Positions 31,397-39,930 of a stretch of DNA of 64,000 nucleotides are shown here, piece by piece. The DNA is from a bacterium (lineage in GTDB: Bacteria; UBA8248; JACPRG01; G963555815). A program made the translations under genes and the position numbers. The notes beneath the pieces were generated by a model. That model made no database searches. It saw only the letters and a list, made by a program, of their open reading frames with translations, and was not told the origin of the DNA. Every line of letters starts with the position of its first letter. The first letter of the stretch is position 1. Location: assembly GCA_965218795.1 (NCBI GenBank), contig OZ244653.1, positions 448,001 through 512,000 of the forward strand, written 5' to 3'.

Positions 31397-32925
31397 GGGG
31401 GTGTTGAAGAACTAGATTCGGGACAGTGCGCGTGCAGGATTATGTGGCGGTGGCCGCCCGGAGGCCGGTTCGGACCGTGTGGGCGCGATGGGCACGCAGT
31501 AGTCCTTCCTGGCGGCCCGGGCCGTCCAGATGGCCCATCGGATTGCAAGCACGGCGGTGGCGAGCCGTTTGAGATTGATCGCCGCGGCCGTCAGGTAGGC
31601 CTGGACCTTCACGTTGTCGAGACCGCGCCGGATCGCGCGCCCGAGGCCGTGCCAGGTCTTCGCCTCGCCGTGGAAGCCTTCCGAACGCCAGAGGTGACGT
31701 TGATACAGCCGCCGATCCTCCTCGCTCCATCGCGCATGCCGGCGACGAGCGCGGAGCAGCGCCGGATAGTCCTGCGGGATCACCACCTCCTTGTTGATGC
31801 GCGTCTTCGGCAGACACGCGCCTTTGAGCGGACAGCGCGCGCAGTCGCTGGTCCTGGAATGGAAGAAGCGTCCGCGCCCGGTGACCCGCAATGGACGCAG
31901 GAGCTTTCCCCGCGGGCACTTCACGATGTTGTTCCGGGCGTCGTAGCGGAAGCGACGCAGGGGAACCCGGCTCCTGGACGGGTCCTTCCGCGCCGGAATG
32001 AGCGGATCAATGCCGCGGCGCTCCAGCCCGCCATAGACCTGGGCGTAGGCATAACCGGCATCGGCCGTCACCGTCGCGATCTCGCGTCCGGCGATCTCCC
32101 GAACCTCATCCACCTGAGCCTCGATCGTCTCGCGCTCGTTCATCGCTCCCGTCGTCACAGAAACGTCCAGCACCACGCCTCTCACGTCGTCCACCGCCGT
32201 GTGCTGCTTGTAGCACGGCTCGAGCCGCCGGTTGCACGCCGAGGTCGCCAGGCTCGCGTCCGCATCGGTGCGGCTCACCTTCCTGGACTTGCCGCGCCGA
32301 CCGCCTCTGTTCTTCTCCCCTTCAACCTCCTCCTCCCCGCGGTTCTCCGTCATCACCTCATCCACATGCCGCTCCACCAGGCTCTCCCAGCTGACATCGG
32401 CGCGGACCAGCGAGGCATCGATGTGCACAACCTCGGCCGTGGCGACCTTCGCCTCCAGGCAGGCCCTCACCGTGCGCTGGAATATCTCCCGGAACCGCCT
32501 CTCGCCCCAGCGCTGGCGGATCCGGGTCAGGCTCGAATGGTCGGGCAGACGCTCGTGCAAGCCATAGCCGATGAACCACCGGATCGCGATGTTCACCTGC
32601 GCTTCCCGCATCAGCCTGCGGTCGTGCACGATGCCCAGCAGCAGGCCGGCGAGCATCAACCGCACCGCCACCTCCGGATCGATACCGGGCCGGCCGTTGT
32701 CCGGGCAATAGCAGTCCGCCACTTCCTCACGCAGCCAGCCCAGGTCGAGAACACGGTCCACACGCGCCAGGACGTGATCCTCGGGCACCAGCTGCTCAAG
32801 CGAACCGGTGATGAACAACGTCAACTGATCCCGCCCCTTCCGTCCCAACATCTCCTGGCCTCCCAAAATCGAACACTAGATATCGATACAGAGAAGCACG
32901 AAGGCCGAGCTTTTTCAACACCCCC
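31397..32925 (-). mobile_element. IS1182-family insertion sequence (1529 bp)
   Basis: Inverted repeats GGGGGTGTTGAAGAA / GGGGGTGTTGAAAAA; 5-bp target duplication ATGAT at 31392-31396 and 32926-32930. Confidence 0.92.
31412..32851 (-). CDS. IS1182-family DDE transposase
   Basis: VPEDH, GRPGIDP, LPDHSSL, HIDAS, TADAGY, EGFHGEAKTWHGL, NLKRL. Confidence 0.92.
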   Translation of the reverse strand: MLGRKGRDQLTLFITGSLEQLVPEDHVLARVDRVLDLGWLREEVADCYCPDNGRPGIDPEVAVRLMLAGLLLGIVHDRRLMREAQVNIAIRWFIGYGLHERLPDHSSLTRIRQRWGERRFREIFQRTVRACLEAKVATAEVVHIDASLVRADVSWESLVERHVDEVMTENRGEEEVEGEKNRGGRRGKSRKVSRTDADASLATSACNRRLEPCYKQHTAVDDVRGVVLDVSVTTGAMNERETIEAQVDEVREIAGREIATVTADAGYAYAQVYGGLERRGIDPLIPARKDPSRSRVPLRRFRYDARNNIVKCPRGKLLRPLRVTGRGRFFHSRTSDCARCPLKGACLPKTRINKEVVIPQDYPALLRARRRHARWSEEDRRLYQRHLWRSEGFHGEAKTWHGLGRAIRRGLDNVKVQAYLTAAAINLKRLATAVLAIRWAIWTARAARKDYCVPIAPTRSEPASGRPPPHNPARALSRI

Positions 32926-33279
32926 ATGATCGGAAAGCTGTTGGGCCACACGCAGGTCGAGACCACGGCCCAGTATGCCCATCTGGCGCGCGATTCGGTG
33001 CAGGAGGCCGCGGTCCGTATCGCCGACAGTATCGCGACTGACATTCTGGGCGAAGGCTGGAGGCTGGCTTCCGGATAAAACCCGGCGCATGCCTGACAGG
33101 AGCCCGCATGGTCGGGCTGGATATCACTGCTCGCGCAGGGACCGCGAGTAAGAGTCCGGCAGCGCCTTTGTGAGATAGCTGAGCGGCGAGCACGTCCGGC
33201 TCGATGGAGTTACCCCGCATCCGGGGGGAGCGCAGGTTCTCGGGAGCGGCGGCAAACGTGCTAGGACATGTCATTCAGT

Positions 33280-33324
33280 CTCATAACCTGAAGGTTACAG
33301 GTTCAAATCCTGCCCCCGCAACCA
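33280..33324 (+). other. 3' half of tRNA-fMet used as an att site (not a full tRNA)
   Basis: CTCATAACCTGAAGGTTACAGGTTCAAATCCTGCCCCCGCAACCA: anticodon loop CAT, T-arm and CCA are present; the 5' half is absent. Confidence 0.88.
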
Positions 33325-33325
33325 T

Positions 33326-33368
33326 AAAAACCCCGCTATTCCAATATGATAGCGGGGTTTCTCTTTTC
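33326..33368 (+). terminator. Intrinsic terminator-like hairpin after the att site
   Basis: AAACCCCGCTAT-loop-ATAGCGGGGTTT followed by CTCTTTT. Confidence 0.75.
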
Positions 33369-33525
33369 TGGACCCGTTATCCATTCTTCAAATGTAAGCA
33401 TTCCGTAAGCGGAATCAATCTACCGTGTGGCTCGGCTGCGATCCCGCGTGGCACCGCCGTTCCGTGTAACCGATCAACAACGTGGGGTTTAACGACGATC
33501 CCGCGATCGCGTTCCCGAAGCCGAG

Positions 33526-34185
33526 TTACCCGTCCCGACCCAGCGCGGCGTCGCGCACGGCCTGTTCGAGGGCGCGGAACGGCTCCAGGTCCTCGGCCGA
33601 GCGCCGGGCGAGGAAGCCGGTGCGGTAGCGGAAGCGGCCGAAGTCGAGCGGCAGGGCCCGGAGCGGCGTTCCGGGCAGCCGGTCGAGCAGTTCGAGCGGC
33701 AGCCAGGCGAGCCACGGGCCGTCGGCCAGCAGCGTGAGGCCAGCCGAGCCCGCGCGGACCACGGCGCGCACCGGCCGGCCGGTCAGCTCGCGGAGTTCGT
33801 CGAGGACGGCGGCCAGGGACGGACGGTCGGCACCAGCGTCGGCTGCGGTCGGCCCGTCGAAGTCGATCCAGGGCCAGCCGGCGAGGTCGCGGGGCTCCGG
33901 CCCGGCAGTATGGAGCGGATGGCCGCGGGCGGCGACGATGCCGGCGGTCACGTCGAGGAAGGGTTCGCGTCGGAGGTGCGGCGGCAGGGCCTCGCCGGTG
34001 TCGAGGCCGCCGCAATGCAGGTCGCACGCGCCGTCGGCGAGCCGCCGCACGCCGTCGCGCCAGGAGGCGGTGCGGAGCCCGAGCTCGATCTCGGGGAAGG
34101 CGGCGTGGAACGCCTGGACGGCGGGCGCGACCACGGCCTGCATCCAGAGCGGCGCCGCGGCCACCGCCTCCTCGCCGTCCTCGAT
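33526..34185 (-). pseudogene. LysR substrate-binding domain, HTH lost
   Basis: AVQAFHAAFPEIEL, LADGACDLH, ARGHPL, DLAGWPWI; the 5' part is replaced by relaxase DNA. Confidence 0.8.
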
Positions 34186-34191
34186 GTCGCG

Positions 34192-34380
34192 CACCGTCCC
34201 GGCCGCGACCTCACCTTCTCCGCCCCCAAGTCGGTCTCCATCGCCGCGCTGGTGGGCGGCGACAGGCGCATCGTCGAGGCGCACGACCGCGCGGTGGCGG
34301 CCACGCTCGCCTGGGTCGAGAAGAACGCCGCCGAGACCCGGATGAAGGATCCGGACACGGGGAAGATTGCGCGGGTCGCC
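34192..34380 (+). pseudogene. MOBF (TrwC) relaxase fragment
   Basis: HRPGRDLTFSAPKSVSIAALVGGDRRIVEAHDRAV motif. Confidence 0.9.
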
Positions 34381-34499
34381 GAGACGGCAGGGAAAACGGC
34401 CCTGCCGGAACGGGAAGCGGCGGCTGAAGTGGCACCCGGAGGTGGCGGGAATCCGGGTTCGACGGCGCCGGCGCGAGCGGACCTCGGCGAGCGGCTGGC

Positions 34500-35580
34500 A
34501 GGTCCAGGCGCACCTCAACAAGGGACCGCTCACGGCCGGACAGAAGGACGCGGTGAAGTTGATCCTGTCGGCGAAGGACGCGAAGCAGCTCGACGCGGTG
34601 GATGCCGGCAAGCCCTTCGCCCAGCTCCAGGCCGCCGGCATGCAGACCGCCACGATGGACGAGATCATGCGCCAGCGCGATCCGGAGCTGAAACAGGCGG
34701 TCGAGGCGAGCCTCAAGGGCGACATAGAAAAGGCGTTCGAGAAGCTCGGGGGCAACGTCGCGGAAGTCAAACCCGACAACATCGCGGGCGCGGTCGCCGC
34801 CCGCTGGCTCCGGCTTGACGAGGAAGCGCGCGCGAACACCGGCGTGATGGCGCCCTCCCACGAGCTCCGCCAGGCGATCAACGGCCATATCCGTGAGCGG
34901 CTGGCTCGCGAGGGCCGCATCCACGGGCCTGCCATGGCGTCGGAAAGGCTGGTCTCCCGTGGCTACACCAACGCGGAGAAGGCCCTCGCCGGCAACTACG
35001 CCGTGGGCGACGTGGTGGCCTTCCACCGGCCCTACAAGCGGATCGGCGTCGAAAAGGGTGACGAGCGGCGTGTCATGGGGGTCGACCACAAGGCCCGTGC
35101 GGTGATGCTCGACGACGGCAAGGGCGGCCGGGTCGCCTGGAAACCCGAGGAGATCGGCGGGCGAAGGGGCGGCAGCGAGGTCTACCGGGCCGAGGAGATC
35201 GAGCTCCGCGCCGGCGACCGCATCCGCTGGACCTGCAACGATGCCGGTCTCGGGCTGGTCAACAGCCGCACCGCCGAGGTTCTCAGGGTCGCGAACGGAA
35301 GGGTGACGTTCCGCCTGGAGGACGGGAAGATGCTGGAGTTCGGCGCGGGCGACCCGCAGCTCCGCCATCTCGACCATGCCTGGGCGTCGACCGTGCACGC
35401 CTTCCAGGGCCGCACGGTGGAAAACGTGATCGCCGCCATGGAAGCCCGGCACCCCCATCTCACCACCCAGAAGAGCTTCTATGTCGAGATCAGCCGCGCG
35501 CGCGACCGCGCCGAGCTGGTCACTGACGACGCGGCCGAACTCCGCGCCCAGCTCCAGGCCGTCACCGGCGAGGGCCTCGG
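34500..35580 (+). pseudogene. TraI/TrwC helicase region with internal deletion
   Basis: LTAGQKDAVKLILSAKD joined to AKQLDAVDAGKPF, IMRQRD, GDRIRWT, HAWASTVHAFQGRT, FYVEISRAR; Walker A/B missing. Confidence 0.85.
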
Positions 35581-35849
35581 GAAGGACCGCGCGGGCGCGG
35601 CAAAGGGGGAATGGACCTTGGATTGTGACGTCGCCGCCATGCCGGCCGATGTCCGAAGAGGGGCTGAGCGAAGGACGCGAAGAGGAGCTCGAAAAGCTCG
35701 TCGGCGAGGCCCGCACCTTCCAGGAATCGCTCGTCCGGAACGCCTCCGACTGAGCGCAACCCCGCCCCATAGGGGCGCATTCGAGCCGGGCGGGCGAAAC
35801 TCGTATGAGTTTCGCGCGAGTTTCAGGCGAAACACGCCGAACACAATCC

Positions 35850-36223
35850 AACTCGCCGCACTTGCGCTCCAGGAAGATCTGGTAAAGGGCCGCCTGCACC
35901 ATCGGGACCGCGGACGGCAGCTCTTCCAGGTTGATGAGCCACAAGCCGGGATCGTCCGATGGCGGCAGGAAGACCGGCGGCGCCCAGCGCGTGCGGTCGG
36001 CGCTGTCGCGCCACGGGATGCCGCGCAGGTCCACGGGGTCGAGCAGGAGCGCGCGGACGTCGACATACTGGCGGTTGGCGGCGGCCGCGACCTGCCGGGC
36101 GATCATCGACTTGGCCGCCCCGGGTGGCCCCCAGACCATGGTCGGCTGGCGGGCCTCGACCAGGAGGGCGAGCTCGCTCGGGCGTAGCGTGTAGTCGGCG
36201 GAGATGGTCTCGGGAAGGGTCAT
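35850..36223 (-). pseudogene. Truncated MoxR-like AAA ATPase
   Basis: MVWGPPGAAKS, DPVDLRGIP, LEELPSA..VQAALYQ; ends abruptly. Confidence 0.8.
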
Positions 36224-36282
36224 GGGCGTGCTCCGGAATCGCGGGGAGGCGGCGCGGGCCACCCCCTCCGGGCACCCGGCCT

Positions 36283-37169
36283 TCACCGGGACCCCTGCGC
36301 CGCTCCACTCCTCGGACACGGAGGCTTGAGGCTGCTGCGCCGTGCGAGGGGCCGCCGCGTCGGTGCCGGCCGGGATCGGGTGCGGCCGAGACCCATCGCG
36401 TCCTCGCCGTCGCCGGACTCGGACGGGGAAACGCCCGTGAGTTGCGGCAGGGTGTGGCCGATGCGGCGCTCGATCTCCACGTAGCGCCGGTAGAGCTCAG
36501 GGCGGAGCTCGGCCGCCCGGCGCAGGTCCTCGGGCGAGGAGAAAATGCAGAAGGAGCAGCTGCATCGCGACAGATGGCGGTAGATCCAGTGTGGGGACTG
36601 GCCCGCGGCGCGGATGACGCGGAACACGTCCTCGGTCGAAAGATCGAAGATTGGCATCCAGTCGAAGACCTCGCGCCCGGCGGCGCTCAGGCGCTCGTTG
36701 CGCCGCCAGGGATCGCGCCTGGCGCGGGCGGCGCTTTCGTCGCGGCGGATGCCGAGGCAGTTGATGAGCCGGCCGCCTAAGCGCGGGTTGGCTTTAGGTA
36801 GCGGCGCAGCTCGCGTTCGATGGGCCCCCGCTTATGCTCGGCGGTACACCAGCGCTGACGAATTCCGGGGAACTTGCCGCGCTCTTCCACATGGTCGAGC
36901 AGTGACTTGCCGGACGAAACCGGCGCCATGACGAGCGGCACGCCCTCGGGCAGCGTTGCCTCGATATGCTCGATCGTGCCCGGCCATTCGACCTCGCGGA
37001 GCGGCGCGTGAACCGCCACGAGCTGGGCGCGCGGAACGATGCGGGACAGCAGGATCGTCATGGCCTGGCTGTCCTTGCCGCCGCTGGTATTGACGGCGAC
37101 GAGAGCGCCGGCGCGGATCATCTCGCGGCACCGGGGCGGCACGGGAAGGTCGGCAAGAGGGTCGGACAT
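36283..37169 (-). pseudogene. PAPS-reductase-family protein, frameshifted
   Basis: SGGKDSQA, RWCTAEHKRGPI, frameshift near 36790, then GIRRDESAARA and SRCSCSFCIF. Confidence 0.85.
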
Positions 37170-37436
37170 GGATGGGTCTCCCCGGCGGTGGCGCGGGGAC
37201 CGCTCCGCGGCCCCCACGAATCGCCCGAAGGACGCCGGCCTCGAACGCCTGAAGCTGCGTCGCGAGGCCTGACAGTGCGAAACGCCGGAGGAGGCACACG
37301 GGCAGGAAGGGGCGGAATTGCCGCTGCCGGGATCCAAAAGGCGGGGGGTTCGTGCTAACCTTGGTCGTCGGCCTCGGCTATGGTCTGTCGGGCGAGCCGG
37401 GCGTTCGGAGAACGCGACAACGCAGGGAGAGAACGG

Positions 37437-37514
37437 GTGAACAAATCGGACATCGCCGGTCGCGTGGCCGGCAAGCCATTGAGGGATGCCGTGAACGCGG
37501 GAAGCGCGTCGTAG
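37437..37514 (+). pseudogene. HU gene collapsed by internal deletion (25 codons)
   Basis: MNKSDIAGRVAG joined to KPLRDAVN...; RBS GGGAGAG. Confidence 0.7.
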
Positions 37515-37587
37515 GTCCGGCGCGCCCGGCGCCCGACCGCCGGTCCCGATCCAGGTCGCGTGTCGCGAAACGAGAGAGAGCCCACCG

Positions 37588-38496
37588 ATGCCCGAGGAAG
37601 CGCCCGATTGGCAGGTTCATCTCGCAAGCGGCTACGACGGCGCGATGACCGCACGGTGCGACCGGCTTCTGGGCGAGATCGTCGCGGATCCCGGTCGCCG
37701 GAAGAGCATCCTGGCCGATCCGCGGGAATTGCACCGGGAACTGTTCGCCAGTTTCACGCCAGCCGCTCATCCGGAATATGCCGGCACTTACCGGGGCACG
37801 CCCGACACGGCGCTCGCCGATGTGCGGATGTCGGCCGGGAGCCAGATCGATCCCGAGGTGGTGTACGAATTCTGCCCGCCCCGCGAAGTGCCCTGGCTTA
37901 TGACGGAACTGCGGGTGAACACCCGTTCACTGCTCAATGTGCCCGATCAGGACGACTACGACAAGCTGATCGCTCTCGCCTACACCTTTTGCCGGTTCGG
38001 GAAGATTCATCCCTTCATCGATGGCAACGGTCCTGTTCAACGTGCGGTTTTCGCGGTTATGGCGACGGAGTTCGACTTTCCGCTGTCGCCGCGCTTCGCG
38101 ATTCATCCGCGGCCCTTCGACCGCCTGCTTGCGGCTGCCCTGGAACTCTTCGGGCGGGCGCCGGCAGACGAGGAACAGGAAGAGCTCGGCCTTGTCGCCG
38201 TACATTTCGTGAAGGCGCCCGCGCGAACTGGTCAAGACCTGGCGGCGAGAGAGAAATCCCGGTCTCGCACGCCGTCATTGACAGCGATGAACCGCAGGGA
38301 CGCCACAGCGAAGGAGCGCGCCGTCGAACGGGTTGGGAGCAAACGAGAGACCAAGGATGGGTCGTCCCGGTCTGCCCGCTGTGGTGATTCGCCGACATCG
38401 GGAACGGTACAGCGTCGTGGCCAGGCGGCAGGTCTCGAGCTCGGGGGGCTTCCGGAGGCGCGCATTCCTATCGCGTTGACGAGGCGGCCGTGGTGA
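37588..38496 (+). CDS. Fic/Doc domain protein (C-terminus probably damaged)
   Basis: AGTYRG, FGKIHPFIDGNGPVQR. Confidence 0.8.
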   Translation: MPEEAPDWQVHLASGYDGAMTARCDRLLGEIVADPGRRKSILADPRELHRELFASFTPAAHPEYAGTYRGTPDTALADVRMSAGSQIDPEVVYEFCPPREVPWLMTELRVNTRSLLNVPDQDDYDKLIALAYTFCRFGKIHPFIDGNGPVQRAVFAVMATEFDFPLSPRFAIHPRPFDRLLAAALELFGRAPADEEQEELGLVAVHFVKAPARTGQDLAAREKSRSRTPSLTAMNRRDATAKERAVERVGSKRETKDGSSRSARCGDSPTSGTVQRRGQAAGLELGGLPEARIPIALTRRPW

Positions 38497-38627
38497 CGGT
38501 GAAGAAATTTGAGAAGGTGGCGAATTTCGCGTTCGATGGGCGTGGGCTTCATGTCGCTGGTACAGTACCGTCGAGCTGAGTAGCGAAACCGTGACGGTGT
38601 TGACCCCTCGATCGATCGTCTGCGCGA

Positions 38628-39746
38628 TTGGTGACGGATATCGTCCGGCGGTGCACCACACTGGTGGGTGATCCCACGAAGGAGACCGGGATTTTGGGCG
38701 GACACGACCAAATTCAAGGCACCGTGCCGAGTGGTGAGCGTTACTCCAGGATCGCGCCCTTGGACGTCGACACTGAAACGCGCCTAGCGCTTCAGGCGCG
38801 ACAGTTTTTTTCGCCCATGTTCCAGGTTGAGGCGCGCAAGCCCTCACCAGGGCAACCACTGACACCGGCGTCGGGCAAGGACTTCCTGGATTACCTGGGG
38901 GAGTGCAAATCTGTACCCGATGAACCCGACAGGTACCTTCATCAAATACGTGGGTTGCTGGACCGCATGGTCGAAAACGACCTCCTCGTCGAAATGGGCG
39001 TAGGTGGGGGTGGTAATTTTGTCATGCTCCCGAAGAGCTACTACGCGTTCAGCGAGCTATCGAAGCTAAGAGAGCGCGGAGTCCTCTGGTTGGCGAAGAC
39101 TCTCGGGGGGCGGTTCGTTCATCGTCACGTTTCGCCCGCCATCGTGCATGTCGTCGGTGAGAACGATGAAGGCGAGGGGAGCGGCATTGTCTTCGATGCA
39201 CATCACGTCCTCACGTGTCGCCATGTGGTTTCTCGCATGAAACTCGCCTCCGGGCAGGTGTTCCAAGGAAGGACGGTGACCGTCGAAGAAGTCTTCCAGC
39301 ATGGAACCGAGGACGTGGCGGTCATCCGGATCAAGAAGTCGCTGATGACCGTTCCCGGTCTCGGATTTGTCGCTCCGATGGTGTCGCAGAAGGTCTACAG
39401 GTTCGGATACTCGAGGGTTCCGTGCTCTATCCCATCGAGCACGGGGGCTTCTCCCTTGGTCATGCAAAGCGGAGAAGTGACCAATGATTCAGTCTTCGTG
39501 TTCGGTGGTATGGAGCTGTTCCTCTATTCCGCGATATCCAGGCCCGGCGACAGTGGCGGCGCGGTTGTTTCAGACGACGGCTATGTCGTGGGAATGACGA
39601 CGGAACTGTCGGATTCCAGGGTGCACACGATGGAGGGTGAGGACGTCTTTTCGCCGCACTACGCCGGAATTCCCTCGCATGTTCTCGCGGGGGCGGTCGA
39701 TGATTTGAACTTGGGCGTCCAAATTCCCCTTGAGACCTACGTGTAG
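38628..39746 (+). CDS. Trypsin-like serine protease with unknown N-terminal domain
   Basis: GSGIV..VLTCRHVV, EDVAVI, RPGDSGGAV (His-Asp-Ser triad). Start uncertain. Confidence 0.85.
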   Translation: MVTDIVRRCTTLVGDPTKETGILGGHDQIQGTVPSGERYSRIAPLDVDTETRLALQARQFFSPMFQVEARKPSPGQPLTPASGKDFLDYLGECKSVPDEPDRYLHQIRGLLDRMVENDLLVEMGVGGGGNFVMLPKSYYAFSELSKLRERGVLWLAKTLGGRFVHRHVSPAIVHVVGENDEGEGSGIVFDAHHVLTCRHVVSRMKLASGQVFQGRTVTVEEVFQHGTEDVAVIRIKKSLMTVPGLGFVAPMVSQKVYRFGYSRVPCSIPSSTGASPLVMQSGEVTNDSVFVFGGMELFLYSAISRPGDSGGAVVSDDGYVVGMTTELSDSRVHTMEGEDVFSPHYAGIPSHVLAGAVDDLNLGVQIPLETYV

Positions 39747-39930
39747 ACCCTCTCGCTGAAGGTGATCTCCGCGCGATCAGCTCCAAGACGATCGCGGTCG
39801 GATCAAGAGAAGGGCCAGCGATACGATCAGAAGGGCCTCGCACTGGATCGGCGCTCTCGGCACCAATGCGGGATCGCGCGGGTTCCGGTGCGGCTGGTCG
39901 GTGCGCAAAGGGCATCGCGAAGAGGATCGA

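Larger units (their letters stand above)
31329..33078 (+). pseudogene. Integrase C-terminal remnant split by an IS1182-family element
   Basis: RLHDLCHSYASRALALGESLPM | IS | IGKLLGHTQVETTAQYAHLARDSV...ASG*. Confidence 0.9.

Noticed and set aside
31442-32929. 495-aa plus-strand ORF and similar antisense ORFs over AOR, hisC, rpsA, aroA, the integrases and recD2
   Set aside because: Shadow frames of well-supported genes on the opposite strand.
33240-33324. Full tRNA-Met gene
   Set aside because: Only the anticodon loop to CCA is present; upstream sequence cannot form the D-arm or acceptor stem.
33526-36319. Long track ORFs of 469, 606 and 702 aa as real genes
   Set aside because: They are chimeras of gene fragments and antisense shadow frames in high-GC DNA.
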